This document shows, one piece after another, positions 41,198 through 51,688 of a stretch of 64,000 nt of DNA. A program made the position numbers and the translations under genes. The notes below the pieces were generated by a model. The model had not been told where the DNA came from and ran no database searches. It saw only the letters and a program-made list of their open reading frames with translations. The stretch's first letter is position 1; every line of letters begins with the position of its first letter. This DNA is from an uncultured Candidatus Saccharibacteria bacterium. Its GTDB lineage: Bacteria; Patescibacteriota; Minisyncoccia; Phycocordibacterales; UBA2100. Where the stretch lies: NCBI GenBank assembly GCA_964594735.1, contig CAZQMS010000003.1, positions 30,043 to 94,042 of the forward strand. Direction: 5' to 3'.

Positions 41198-42712
41198 ATG
41201 GAGCAGAAGCTCACCCACAACGAAACCCTGGTTCTCCAGGAAGTCGTGAAAATCGACGGTGATCTGCTCCTTCTGCCGGAGCAGGCACCGCTTCCTACGG
41301 AGGAGGCTCGCGCGCTCATGACCGCAGGTATCATCGACCCGAAGGAATCGACGATATACAAGGGTGTGATTGACGTGTGCCAGCTGACGGAGCGGTACAA
41401 TCAGGCACGTTACCGGGCGAACGTAGAGCCCGAATGGCTGCATGAGATGCCAATGTCAGTGCGTACCTGGATGCGTGTGCAGTACGCGCTCACTCAGGAA
41501 GACACCTTCGCGAATGTACCGGGGTTTCCGTATACAGGTTTGTCATACGCGGTCGTGTGCGGCGGCCTCACAGAGGAGGTGTACCACGCGTTCAATCTCA
41601 ATAGGCTTGAACGTATCAAGCAGCTCGGTTTCCTGAACCAGCCGGGTTACAACAAGCACCTAAGCGTGCGGCAGTCGCTCTCGGACGGTACGCGCTTTCT
41701 GCACTCGCTCGATGCGATGGCTATTGGTTCTGTCATCGGTCACAATCTCGGCCTCTCGGCGCCGCGCATGCACAGCTTGCGAACGCTCTTGCTTTCGCAC
41801 GATGCGGCAATGCCTGCCGGGGGCGATTCCGTGAAATTGGTCGACCCAGCTGCGTTGGATGAGGACGCAAACTACAAGAAGTTCGTAGAGCGTGCTCCAT
41901 TCGACCGACTCAGAAATGAGTTCGGTGTGACTAAGGAAAGTCTGCTCGAGGGCATCCACAACCGAGGCCTTCTTGGGGAAGTGCTCGACATTGCTGATAA
42001 GCTCGCGTACATCGCGCGCGACATCCATAAGTGTCTGCATCATCTGGAGGCAGGGTACGACAGAGACCAGCTCGGCGTGAGGACGCTTCTGCTCTTGCTC
42101 AAAAGATTCCCATACGTCTGCGGCGTCTGGGACTGTGTTGAGGAGCAGGACGGGCACGCCGTTTTCACGAGCATCCCTCGACTTGCAGCGTTTCTCAAGG
42201 TGCGGGTGCTTATGTTCAGAGAACTCTACTATCATCCAGAGGCGCGGTTCGGAGAGTATCTGATGTCGCGCCTGTTCGTGAAAGACCTGTTCCAGCGCGG
42301 CGTTCTATCGTCCGATCGGCTGCTCGAGATGGACGACAACGAGCTCATTAGCCTTCTCGACAATCGGTACGGCTCGGGAGCAATCCTGGACACGTGCTCG
42401 TCGGACAAATCTCGGTGCAACGCGTTCAAATCACCAGAAGAAGCGCGTGAATTCGTCGATTCGCTCAAGAGAGACGATCACGCCTTTTGGCTCGTCGACG
42501 ACAATCGACTTGCCATCAAGACGGGGACGAATCTTTTGGTGAAAGGACCAAACGGTCCCGCACCTTTGCGCGAGGCGGACAGGGGCGTGACGAGGGAGAT
42601 TGAAGAGATGGCGACGATGTACCCTCTCGTTCATGTGTACTGGCTCGACGGGGACCCGGCGCTTTCACGCAAGGTGCTCGCAGACCTGAAAGAATCGCTT
42701 CATGCGATCTGA
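41198..42712 (+). CDS. HD-domain phosphohydrolase (dNTP triphosphohydrolase/dGTPase-like)
   Basis: HD motif LSHD plus a dGTPase-like DKLAYIARD. Confidence 0.6.
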   Translation: MEQKLTHNETLVLQEVVKIDGDLLLLPEQAPLPTEEARALMTAGIIDPKESTIYKGVIDVCQLTERYNQARYRANVEPEWLHEMPMSVRTWMRVQYALTQEDTFANVPGFPYTGLSYAVVCGGLTEEVYHAFNLNRLERIKQLGFLNQPGYNKHLSVRQSLSDGTRFLHSLDAMAIGSVIGHNLGLSAPRMHSLRTLLLSHDAAMPAGGDSVKLVDPAALDEDANYKKFVERAPFDRLRNEFGVTKESLLEGIHNRGLLGEVLDIADKLAYIARDIHKCLHHLEAGYDRDQLGVRTLLLLLKRFPYVCGVWDCVEEQDGHAVFTSIPRLAAFLKVRVLMFRELYYHPEARFGEYLMSRLFVKDLFQRGVLSSDRLLEMDDNELISLLDNRYGSGAILDTCSSDKSRCNAFKSPEEAREFVDSLKRDDHAFWLVDDNRLAIKTGTNLLVKGPNGPAPLREADRGVTREIEEMATMYPLVHVYWLDGDPALSRKVLADLKESLHAI

Positions 42713-42773
42713 ATCTTGCGGCGGCCCATCAATGGGCCGCCGCTCTCTTTTGCATGTTGTATGATTCGCCTGT

Positions 42774-43328
42774 ATGGGTATTCACGAGATGTACGAAGGA
42801 CCCGCTACACAGATGGTCGGTGCAGTGGAAAAGCCGCCCATCGTCATCGTCGCTGCGATGGGGAAGAATCGCGCCCTCGGCAAAGACGACAAGCTCCTAT
42901 GGCACATTCCCGACGACCTGAAACGTTTCCGTGCCCTGACAAAAGGTCATCCCATCATCATGGGGCGGAAAACCTTTGAGTCGATACTTGGCTACATTGG
43001 GAAGCCTCTGCCGGAGCGGGAGAACATTGTGCTCACCCGCGACGCATCGTGGTCGTATCCGGGCGTAACCGTCGCCCACTCGCTCGAAGACGCGCTCGAG
43101 AAGGCTCGCGCGCATAACCCTACGGAAATTCACATCGGTGGCGGTGCGGCCCTCTACGAGCAGGTGTTGCCGCAGGTAGACAGATTGCACCTCACGCTTA
43201 TCTACGATGAAAAGGAGGCGGACTCCTTTTTCCCGCCGTATGAGCAAGAGTTCACGAAAGTGCTCAGCTCGGAGGAAAGAGAGTATGAGGGGCTCAAGTA
43301 CCGCTGGGTCGATTTGGCGCGGGAGTAA
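42774..43328 (+). CDS. folA: Dihydrofolate reductase
   Basis: IVIVAAMGKNRALGKDDKLLWHIPDDLKRFRALTKGHPIIMGRKTFESI matches the DHFR core. The true start may be ATG 42813. Confidence 0.85.
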   Translation: MGIHEMYEGPATQMVGAVEKPPIVIVAAMGKNRALGKDDKLLWHIPDDLKRFRALTKGHPIIMGRKTFESILGYIGKPLPERENIVLTRDASWSYPGVTVAHSLEDALEKARAHNPTEIHIGGGAALYEQVLPQVDRLHLTLIYDEKEADSFFPPYEQEFTKVLSSEEREYEGLKYRWVDLARE

Positions 43329-43340
43329 GAGCCATATATC

Positions 43341-46283
43341 ATGGCGCACATGGCGAAGCGGATTACGGTAGCGGCGAAGGTGGATGATGCGCGCGCCAGC
43401 AGCTACCTCAAAACGCTTCGAGCCCTTTTCCCTAAAACCAAGCTCCGCTCTGTGGCGGTCGCCCAGGCGTACACTGTCGACGCAAAGATTTCCTCGTCCG
43501 AACTAAAGCGATTTGGCGAGCGACTTGCCAATCCGCTTACCGAAACATATTCAGTATCGAGCGTCCTTGCGCCAAAGACGTACACATCGGTCATCGAGAT
43601 CGGGTACCTTCCGGGCGTCACCGACAATGTCGCGAAGACTGCTCGACAAATGCTCGAGGACATGCGCGGAAAAAAGCTTACGCAAAAAGAGGACGTGTAT
43701 ACGTCGGTTTTTATTTTTCTCGACGGGCCGGGTGTCGTCGAGGCGGAGAAGATGGCCAAGGAGTTGCACAACTCACTCATCGAACGAGCGAGTGTTTTCG
43801 GACAGCGGCCGCAGTTCTCCATCATCGTGCCGCAGGTCAAACTTCACGAGCGCGTCTCTGTCGACATCGTAGACCTCGACGTCTCAGACGAAGAGCTTAC
43901 GCGCATCGGCAAGGAGGGAATCGCGAATCCCGATGGAACGCGCAGAGGCCCGCTGGCGCTCTCGCTCCACGCCATGAAGACAATCCAGGCCCACTACAAA
44001 AAGCTGCGACGAAAGCCGACCGATATCGAGCTCGAGTCGCTCGCGCAGACGTGGTCGGAGCACTGCAAACACTCGATTTTTGCCGACCCTATCGACGACG
44101 TGAAAGAGGGGATATACAAGCGCTACATCAAAGGCGCAACGCAGGACATTCGTAAGGCGAAAGGAAAGAAAGACTTCTGTGTGTCGGTCTTCACCGACAA
44201 CGCCGGCGGTATCGTCTTCGACGACGAGTACATCATCACGCACAAAGTGGAGACGCACAATTCGCCCTCGGCGCTCGACCCTTTCGGTGGGGCAATCACA
44301 GGCATTTGCGGAGTGAATCGCGATGCGCTCGGCTTTGGCATGGGCGCCAAGCCTATTGCCAACGTGTATGGCTTCTGCGTCGCGGATCCTCGCGACAAGA
44401 CTGCTCTCTATCGCGACGCCGCGAAGCAGCAGCCGCTTCTGCCAGCACGCCGCATACTAGAGGGTGTCGTAAAGGGCGTGAACCACGGCGGCAACCAGAG
44501 CGGAATTCCCACGCCGCTCGGCTTCGTGGCGACCGACGAGCGCTACCGAGGCAAGCCACTCGTCTTCGCGGGCACGGTCGGCCTCATACCTCGCAAACGA
44601 AACGGGCGTGACCTCGCAAAGAAAATGGCCAAAGCGGGTGACTACATCGTCGTCGCGGGCGGCCGTGTGGGGCTCGACGGCATTCATGGGGCCACATTTT
44701 CTTCGGAAGCGCTCGCGAGTGGCTCTCCTGCTACTGCAGTCCAGATAGGCGACCCCATCACACAGAAGAAACTTTCCGATGCGATTGTCCGCGAAGCGCG
44801 CGATAGGAATCTCTACAGCAGTGTCACCGACAATGGTGCGGGTGGGATTTCATGCTCTGTAGCCGAGATGGCAAAAGAATGCGGCGGAGCGAAGGTGACG
44901 CTCGAGAAAGTACCGCTCAAATACCCCGGGCTCGCTCCGTGGCAAATATGGATTTCTGAATCGCAGGAGCGCATGACCTTCTCCGTGCCGAAAGCAAAGT
45001 GGAAAGAGCTCAAGAGAATTTTCGACAGACACGATGTAGAGGCGTCTATAATCGGCCAATTCACCGCGACGAAGAAGTGTGTCGTGACGTACCGCGGCAA
45101 AACAATCATGGACATGCAGATGTCGTTCCTCCATGACGGTCGGCCTGTGGAGGAGCAGAAAACGCGCAAGCCCAGGTATGCGAATGCGGAACCCACCAAG
45201 ACGGCGAGGAGCGCACCGCTTTCAAAGTCGCTGCTCGCGCTTCTCCAGCGGCCAAATATCGGAAGCATCTCTTTTATCTCCCGGCAGTACGACCACGAGG
45301 TGCAGGGCACTTCTGTCACTAAGCCACTGCAGGGGAGAGGTGGTGTCAACGCGGATGCCGCGGTCTTGCAGCCACTACCGCATTCTACGAAGGGCGCGGT
45401 ACTCTCCCACGGGTATCTGCCCTGGTACTCCGACATCGACACCTACGCGATGGCTGCGGCCTCGATCGATTCGGCGGTAAGAAATGCGGTGTGCGCCGGC
45501 GCATCGCTCGAGCACCTCGCAATACTCGACAATTTCTGCTGGTCGTCCTCCAACACTCCGGAGCGCTTGTACGAGCTAAAAAAATCTGCGGAGGCGATTT
45601 ACGATGTCGCGGTGGCGTATGGCACGCCGTATATCTCAGGCAAAGACAGCATGTTCAACGACTTCCGCGGATACACCGCAAAAGGCGAGAAGGTGCACAT
45701 CGCCGCGCCGCCGACGCTGCTCATTTCTGCGCTCGGAGTCATTGATGATGTGGTACATGCTACGACGCTCGACTTCAAGGCTGAAGGAGACCGCGTCTAT
45801 CTGATAGGCGAGACGCACGACGAACTCGGCGGCTCGGAATATTTCGCGATGCTCGGGGAGGTCGGCACCCACGTACCGAAGACGGACACAAAGCGCAATC
45901 GTATGACATACCGCGCACTCGAAAATGCGATGCGGCAAGGTCTCGTCGCGTCGACGACATCTGTCGGTCGCGGCGGACTCGCTGCAGCGCTTGCGAAGGC
46001 GTGCGTCGCGGGACAGCTCGGTGCAATGGTCGATCTCACAAAGCTTCCGGGTAATGCAAAGCACGATGACTCGATACTTTTTTCTGAAAGCCAAGGTCGG
46101 GTGCTCGTAAGCGTACGGGGTGGTGAAGAAGCCGTATTTGAGAAAGTCATAAATGGCACGGTGTTCTCCAAAATCGGCACCGTACGAGGTACGGAACTTT
46201 CCGTCGTACTTCCGAAGAATACGGTGAAGCTTCCGGTCTCAAAGCTTACCGACGCGTATCGGAAGACATTCAAAGATTGGTAA
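43341..46283 (+). CDS. purL: Phosphoribosylformylglycinamidine synthase PurL with an N-terminal PurS-like extension
   Basis: 980 aa: ~200-aa PurS-like N-terminus, then FGAM synthase II / AIR-synthase-related domains (HNSPSALDPFGGA; GGNQSGIP; YISGKDSM). Confidence 0.9.
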   Translation: MAHMAKRITVAAKVDDARASSYLKTLRALFPKTKLRSVAVAQAYTVDAKISSSELKRFGERLANPLTETYSVSSVLAPKTYTSVIEIGYLPGVTDNVAKTARQMLEDMRGKKLTQKEDVYTSVFIFLDGPGVVEAEKMAKELHNSLIERASVFGQRPQFSIIVPQVKLHERVSVDIVDLDVSDEELTRIGKEGIANPDGTRRGPLALSLHAMKTIQAHYKKLRRKPTDIELESLAQTWSEHCKHSIFADPIDDVKEGIYKRYIKGATQDIRKAKGKKDFCVSVFTDNAGGIVFDDEYIITHKVETHNSPSALDPFGGAITGICGVNRDALGFGMGAKPIANVYGFCVADPRDKTALYRDAAKQQPLLPARRILEGVVKGVNHGGNQSGIPTPLGFVATDERYRGKPLVFAGTVGLIPRKRNGRDLAKKMAKAGDYIVVAGGRVGLDGIHGATFSSEALASGSPATAVQIGDPITQKKLSDAIVREARDRNLYSSVTDNGAGGISCSVAEMAKECGGAKVTLEKVPLKYPGLAPWQIWISESQERMTFSVPKAKWKELKRIFDRHDVEASIIGQFTATKKCVVTYRGKTIMDMQMSFLHDGRPVEEQKTRKPRYANAEPTKTARSAPLSKSLLALLQRPNIGSISFISRQYDHEVQGTSVTKPLQGRGGVNADAAVLQPLPHSTKGAVLSHGYLPWYSDIDTYAMAAASIDSAVRNAVCAGASLEHLAILDNFCWSSSNTPERLYELKKSAEAIYDVAVAYGTPYISGKDSMFNDFRGYTAKGEKVHIAAPPTLLISALGVIDDVVHATTLDFKAEGDRVYLIGETHDELGGSEYFAMLGEVGTHVPKTDTKRNRMTYRALENAMRQGLVASTTSVGRGGLAAALAKACVAGQLGAMVDLTKLPGNAKHDDSILFSESQGRVLVSVRGGEEAVFEKVINGTVFSKIGTVRGTELSVVLPKNTVKLPVSKLTDAYRKTFKDW

Positions 46284-46288
46284 CAGTT

Positions 46289-46846
46289 ATGAAGGAGCAC
46301 ATTCGATTTGAACGGGAAGCACGGATTGAGAGGATAACGGACCCGGAGCGTGCACTTAAAGCATTCCTCGATTTCCTGGAGCGTATGAAAGCTGCATATC
46401 CGAACAAGGCATACCCGAATCCACGCACGAATGAATATACGTACAGAAAAAAGGGCTCCGCACGCCCGGGATTTCGCACATACGTAGCATATTCTGGTGC
46501 AGATGAGGCGGGCGTATTAGCTGGTGAAGAAAATGAGAACGGATTGTTTATGGGTAAACAGATCATCATCGATCCAAAGACGGCAACGCGAAGCACGATG
46601 AAAAGCTTACTTGATGCCCTCAAGAGAGATTTCTCGGAAATACGATTGCGCGCCATTGCTTCAGGGGAGAGCATTGATGCATCGGAGGAAAAGATGATAG
46701 GAAGACAGGGTGCGCTGTTGCGAACGTACGAGCGGCTCGGATTCTTGCCAGTCTCGTATGAGCAGTACCAGGAAGCGCAACAGACGGGTGCCGAAGTCGA
46801 CATGTATTGGAAGAAGGATGACATGGAACGAACGAATGGTATATGA
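46289..46846 (+). CDS. Hypothetical protein inserted between purL and purQ
   Basis: 185 aa, no recognised domain. The start was set to the ATG after the purL stop. Confidence 0.45.
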   Translation: MKEHIRFEREARIERITDPERALKAFLDFLERMKAAYPNKAYPNPRTNEYTYRKKGSARPGFRTYVAYSGADEAGVLAGEENENGLFMGKQIIIDPKTATRSTMKSLLDALKRDFSEIRLRAIASGESIDASEEKMIGRQGALLRTYERLGFLPVSYEQYQEAQQTGAEVDMYWKKDDMERTNGI

Positions 46847-47613
46847 CGAAACCCAAGGTCATCATTTTTTCCGGGTACGGACTCAATTGCGAAGAGGAGA
46901 CGCGGGCGGCATTTGAGATAGCGGGCGCGGAGGCGCACATCATCCATATCAACGACCTTATTGCGCGGCCGGCGGTGCTGAAGTCTGCGCAGATACTCGC
47001 GGTGCCGGGCGGCTTTTCATACGGTGACGACACGGGCTCCGGCAAGGCATACGCGAGCCGCATGCGCGAGCACCTCGATTCGCATATCAGGAGTTTTCTC
47101 GAGCGCGACACGCTGGGGATTGGTATTTGCAATGGTTTTCAGGTGCTGACGAGTGCGGGACTTTTGCCTGGCGCACTCATCGCCAATGATTCAGGTAGGT
47201 TCCTCTGCCGCTGGGTCGACCTCACTGTCACGGGTCACAGTCCATGGCTGAGCGGTATCGAATCCCTCGCGCTTCCCGTGGCACACGGAGAGGGCAAGTA
47301 CTACGCCGACACACGCACGCTGGCGACTCTGAATGCTGAGGGTAGCGTGGCACTGCGATATGAAAAGGGAAATATGTGTGAGCATTTCGACCTCCCGGCA
47401 AATCCAAATGGCGCGCTCGAAGATATTGCAGGCGTGACGGCATACGGTGGCCGCGTGCTCGGCATGATGCCGCACCCGGAGCGTGCGATACGATTTACAC
47501 ATTTGCCACATTGGACCTTTGAGCGGGAAAAGTATGTACGCAGCGGTACCCCTGTCCCGGAGGAAGGCCCTGGCATCGCACTCTTTAAAAATGCGGTACG
47601 ATACTTCGCATGA
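46843..47613 (+). CDS. purQ: Phosphoribosylformylglycinamidine synthase glutamine amidotransferase subunit
   Basis: Class I GATase triad context (GICNGFQVL; HGEG; HPER). Confidence 0.9.
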   Translation: MTKPKVIIFSGYGLNCEEETRAAFEIAGAEAHIIHINDLIARPAVLKSAQILAVPGGFSYGDDTGSGKAYASRMREHLDSHIRSFLERDTLGIGICNGFQVLTSAGLLPGALIANDSGRFLCRWVDLTVTGHSPWLSGIESLALPVAHGEGKYYADTRTLATLNAEGSVALRYEKGNMCEHFDLPANPNGALEDIAGVTAYGGRVLGMMPHPERAIRFTHLPHWTFEREKYVRSGTPVPEEGPGIALFKNAVRYFA

Positions 47614-48137
47614 TAGCGACACCTCCTTGGTACGTGCTCACGGGAGGTCCGTGTGCGGGGAAAACGACGACGATAGACGAGCTCGCACGGCGCGGGCATC
47701 CTGTCCTCGCAGAGCCGGCGCGCCTCATCATCGAGGAGCAACTCGCTGAGGGTAAAGCGATTCAAGACATCGTCGGCGACTCGGACTGGCTGCCCTCCGT
47801 CGTGCGGCGTGCGTATTCGCAGGAGCGCACCGTGCCGCGCGACAGACTCCATTTCTTTGATAGGGCACTCCCAGATTCACTCGCGTATTACAGATTGGCG
47901 AACCGTGAAGTCGACGATTTTTTTCGCACGTGCATGGCCGAAATTCGGTACAGAAAAATCTTCCTTCTCGACCTCGTGGAATACGAGATTGACCATGCGC
48001 GCTCCGAGACGCCGGAGCAGGCGATGATGATACACGGCCAAATCCGCGAGGCGTACACGGACCAGGGTTATGAAATAGTCGAAGTCCCCGTGATGCCGGT
48101 CACCGAGAGGGCAGACTTCATACTTGCTCGGTTGTAG
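47610..48137 (+). CDS. P-loop NTPase (COG3911-like AAA_28 predicted ATPase/kinase)
   Basis: Walker A VLTGGPCAGKTT. ATGA-coupled to purQ. Confidence 0.55.
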   Translation: MIATPPWYVLTGGPCAGKTTTIDELARRGHPVLAEPARLIIEEQLAEGKAIQDIVGDSDWLPSVVRRAYSQERTVPRDRLHFFDRALPDSLAYYRLANREVDDFFRTCMAEIRYRKIFLLDLVEYEIDHARSETPEQAMMIHGQIREAYTDQGYEIVEVPVMPVTERADFILARL

Positions 48138-48192
48138 TAGACAGGATGTTGAGATAATGTCATAAATCTTTCAGAACCTGGAGGGCTTAGCC

Positions 48193-48786
48193 ATGATGCG
48201 GGAAACGAGACGATTCGTAATCGTCTGCGGCCCGCGCGGAGCGGGCAAAGATACACTTCAGAATGCGATGCATGTCGCGTATCCACACGCACAGCCGCTC
48301 ATTACATGCACGACGAGGCCGCCGCGCAGCGGTGAGAAAAACGGCGTCGATTACTACTTCCTCACAAGGGAGGCGTACGGCTCTCAGAATGCGTGCGGCT
48401 ACTTTTATTGGGACCGCGGCGTGGGAGCCAATCGTTATTCTCTCGCAAAGCGCGAATTGCGACGCGTGCACGGGCTCATCATCACAGATGTTGCTCGTGA
48501 AGGTGCAGTCTGGCTTCGGGAGAAACTCACAAGGGAGGGCGACAAGGTACTCCTCATCGGGGTGTTCGCGCCCAGAGACACTCGTTTTGCGCGCATAAAG
48601 GAGCGTGAGCCGCACTTGAGTGAAGCAGATGTCGCTCGAAAGCTGACAGAGGAGCCATCTCCCGAGGACCTTTCTCTGTATGGCGACTTCGACCTCCTGC
48701 TGCACAACACATCATCGACACCGGAGCCGATGATACGAGAGGCGCTCGTTGCGGTGGAGAAGTTCTTGAAAGGGGACGGAACGTAA
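48193..48786 (+). CDS. gmk: Guanylate kinase family protein
   Basis: P-loop CGPRGAGKDT, TTRPPRSGEKNGVDYYF, and a good SD (GGAGGG). Confidence 0.7.
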   Translation: MMRETRRFVIVCGPRGAGKDTLQNAMHVAYPHAQPLITCTTRPPRSGEKNGVDYYFLTREAYGSQNACGYFYWDRGVGANRYSLAKRELRRVHGLIITDVAREGAVWLREKLTREGDKVLLIGVFAPRDTRFARIKEREPHLSEADVARKLTEEPSPEDLSLYGDFDLLLHNTSSTPEPMIREALVAVEKFLKGDGT

Positions 48787-48809
48787 GATTCCGCCCCTTT
48801 TGCTTTGGT

Positions 48810-49940
48810 ATGATTCGCGGGATGAAAACTATCGGGATTGCAGGTGGGGGACAGCTTGGGCGGATGCTCGCGGACGCTGCGCATGGACTCGGGTTTCGCG
48901 TCATTACGCTTGATGCGACCGCGGGCGGCCCGGCGGGGCAAGTCGCCGACGAGGAAATTGTCGGCGACTACAAAGACCGCGATATGATGCAGCGACTCGC
49001 CGATACGTCGGACATCGTGACTTTCGAGGTGGAGTCCGTAAACGCGGATGCGCTTATGGACATCGAGAAATCGGGTAAGCCGGTGCACCCCACACCGCGC
49101 ACGCTCGCTACGATAAAAGATAAGCTCGCGCAGAAGTATTACCTGCGAGATTTCGGGATACCTGTCGCCCCGTTCGGGGAGTTCGAAATATCAAACTATT
49201 CACAGTTGGTACGCGAGCTCGGGTATCCCTTTGTACTCAAGGCCCGCTCGGGTGGCTTCGATGGCAGAGGCAACGCGCTTATCGAGAAAGAGTCCGACAT
49301 CGCAGCGGCGTTGGAAAAATTGAAGAACGCACCCACGTACGCCGAAGGTTTCGTGCGTTTCGAAAAAGAGCTCGCCATCGTGGCGGCGCGCACGGAGGAC
49401 GGAGACATCAAAGTCTTTCCACTGGTGGAAACGGTGCACAGGAATCACATCTGCCACCTCGTACTCTGTCCGGCCCCTGTCTCGGAGGCAATAGCTAAAA
49501 AAGCGCACGACCTCGCTTTTGAGACACTGAAGTCATTTAGCGGAGCTGGTGTGTTTGCGATAGAGATGTTCCTCGCGGGTGGAGAAGTGCTGGTCAACGA
49601 GGTCGCGCCGCGTGTGCACAACAGCGGGCACCTTACAATAGAGGCGTGCGAGACGTCGCAGTTTGAGCAGCACATACGCGCAATTTCAGGTATGCCGCTC
49701 GGCTCAACCAAGATGAAAGTCCCAGCGGCGTGCATGGTCAATATTCTCGGCGAGCGTGACGGCGCTGCGGAGCCGCGCGGTGTCGAAGAGGCCGAGAAAA
49801 TCCCGGGTGTGAAAGTTCATATCTACGGTAAGATGGAGACTCGCCGTCAGCGGAAGATGGGGCACATCACTGCGGTGGGCGAATCGCTCGAAGAAGCTAA
49901 AGATAATGCGGAAAAGGCGCGAGCGTTGATTTCGATATAA
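48810..49940 (+). CDS. purK: N5-carboxyaminoimidazole ribonucleotide synthase
   Basis: ATP-grasp with a PurK N-terminus (KTIGIAGGGQLGRML). The start may be ATG 48822. Confidence 0.9.
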   Translation: MIRGMKTIGIAGGGQLGRMLADAAHGLGFRVITLDATAGGPAGQVADEEIVGDYKDRDMMQRLADTSDIVTFEVESVNADALMDIEKSGKPVHPTPRTLATIKDKLAQKYYLRDFGIPVAPFGEFEISNYSQLVRELGYPFVLKARSGGFDGRGNALIEKESDIAAALEKLKNAPTYAEGFVRFEKELAIVAARTEDGDIKVFPLVETVHRNHICHLVLCPAPVSEAIAKKAHDLAFETLKSFSGAGVFAIEMFLAGGEVLVNEVAPRVHNSGHLTIEACETSQFEQHIRAISGMPLGSTKMKVPAACMVNILGERDGAAEPRGVEEAEKIPGVKVHIYGKMETRRQRKMGHITAVGESLEEAKDNAEKARALISI

Positions 49941-49977
49941 GTGCTGGTAATATCGCTGAAGTTTGGAGGAACACATC

Positions 49978-50508
49978 ATGAGTACACAACCTCTCGTAGG
50001 TATCATTATGGGCTCGGATTCGGACTTGCCGACAATGCGGCAAGCCGCCGAAGTTCTGGATGAGCTCGGCGTATCGAATGAAGTGCAGATAGTCTCGGCG
50101 CACCGCACTCCCGACTGGATGGCAGAGTACGCCAAGACTGCACAGCGGCGCGGCATCAAGGTAATCATTGCCGGCGCGGGTGGCGCTGCGCATTTGCCAG
50201 GTATGACAGAAGCATTCGGCGCTATTCCTGTCATCGGTGTACCGATAAAAACGTCGGCTCTTGCGGGCGTCGATTCACTTTTTTCAATCGTCCAGATGCC
50301 GCCTGGCCGCCCTGTGGGTACCATGGCAATAGGTGGTGCGAAGAACGCCGGCATCTACGCGGCACAGATGTTGGCGATGAGCGATGCCGCTCTTTGCGAG
50401 CGCGTCGAAGCCTACAAGAAGAACATGGAGATGGATGTCGCAGCCAAGAACGAGAAACTTCAAGCGAGCGGTTTCAAAAAGTACCTCGAGGACGCAGGGC
50501 TTGTATGA
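49978..50508 (+). CDS. purE: N5-carboxyaminoimidazole ribonucleotide mutase
   Basis: [14 protein letters not shown]...SAHRTPD...[13 protein letters not shown] is canonical PurE. SD GGAGGA. Confidence 0.9.
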   Translation: MSTQPLVGIIMGSDSDLPTMRQAAEVLDELGVSNEVQIVSAHRTPDWMAEYAKTAQRRGIKVIIAGAGGAAHLPGMTEAFGAIPVIGVPIKTSALAGVDSLFSIVQMPPGRPVGTMAIGGAKNAGIYAAQMLAMSDAALCERVEAYKKNMEMDVAAKNEKLQASGFKKYLEDAGLV

Positions 50509-51620
50509 CGAATGCATACGCTCAGGCTGGCGTGGACTATTCGAAGCTCGAGCCTTTCAAGCACGCGATGATAGCGGTCGGAAAAAAGACGCTCGCGTTT
50601 CCGAATAAGAGAGATGTGTACATCAACGCCGACGTGCTGCACTCGCACGGCGGCGTTTTTGAATACCGGGGGACAGAGAAGCACATGTGGTGCAATACGC
50701 AGGAAGGTCTCGGCAACAAGAATTGGATAGCGGAGTGGATGTACCAGAACGACGGCACGGGACGCACGCACTACGACAAAATCGCCATTGATTCGGCGCT
50801 CATGGCGGTCAACGACGTCATCGCGCAGGGTGCAATGCCGGTCGTCTATACCGACGAAGTGGCAGCAGGCGACTCCGAATGGTTCGCCGACGAGAAGCGC
50901 GCACGCGACCTCGCGGCAGGATTTCTCAAAGTGTGCGAAGAGGCGGGTATGGCACTTCCGGCCGGCGAATCACCCGCATTGAAGTATTTGATACGGGCTG
51001 AGCCGCCGGTTAAAAGTGCGCCATCGCTCTCTGGGTGTGTCACTGCCATTATCGCGCCCGCATCACGCCTGATAACTGGAACGAAACTGCAGCCTGGCGA
51101 CAGTATCGTCGGCGTCGCCTCGAGTGGCATCCATGCCAACGGCATTTCACTCGTCATAAAGAAGGCGCTTGAACAAAAGGACCAGTTTCTCACGAGGCTC
51201 GAGAACGGAAACACGCTCGGCGAAGAAACGCTTATTCCGACGCGCTCGTATGTCGCGCTCGTGGAAACATTGCTGGAGAGCTCTGTCGATATTCACGCAC
51301 TCCTTCCGGGAACCGGCAGTGGTGTTGCGAAGATAGCGTTCGATTCGCGGCCGGCGACCTATCGCATCCACTCGTGGGGTGCTGTGCCGCCTCTCATGGA
51401 GTACATGCGCTCTATAGGAATATCGCTTGAGGATTGTCTTAGGACGTTCAACTGGGGCATGGGATACTACGTGTTCGTTCCGCCGTCGGAGGTCGAGCAG
51501 ACGCTAACGCTTGGAAAGGCTGCCGGATATGAGCTGATGGAAGTGGGACGCGTCGAGGAGGGAGAGCGGAAAGTCATTTTTGAGCCAGAAAGTATCACGC
51601 TCGCGCCGCCAGGCGAATAG
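50505..51620 (+). CDS. purM: Phosphoribosylformylglycinamidine cyclo-ligase (AIR synthase)
   Basis: ATGA overlap with purE; YAQAGVDY... AIR synthase N- and C-terminal domains. Confidence 0.9.
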   Translation: MTNAYAQAGVDYSKLEPFKHAMIAVGKKTLAFPNKRDVYINADVLHSHGGVFEYRGTEKHMWCNTQEGLGNKNWIAEWMYQNDGTGRTHYDKIAIDSALMAVNDVIAQGAMPVVYTDEVAAGDSEWFADEKRARDLAAGFLKVCEEAGMALPAGESPALKYLIRAEPPVKSAPSLSGCVTAIIAPASRLITGTKLQPGDSIVGVASSGIHANGISLVIKKALEQKDQFLTRLENGNTLGEETLIPTRSYVALVETLLESSVDIHALLPGTGSGVAKIAFDSRPATYRIHSWGAVPPLMEYMRSIGISLEDCLRTFNWGMGYYVFVPPSEVEQTLTLGKAAGYELMEVGRVEEGERKVIFEPESITLAPPGE

Positions 51621-51688
51621 AACTATTCTAGTGTTTTGCCCTCCTTCGCATAAAGCTACGGACGGGCAGGCAAACGACTGATATAGAT

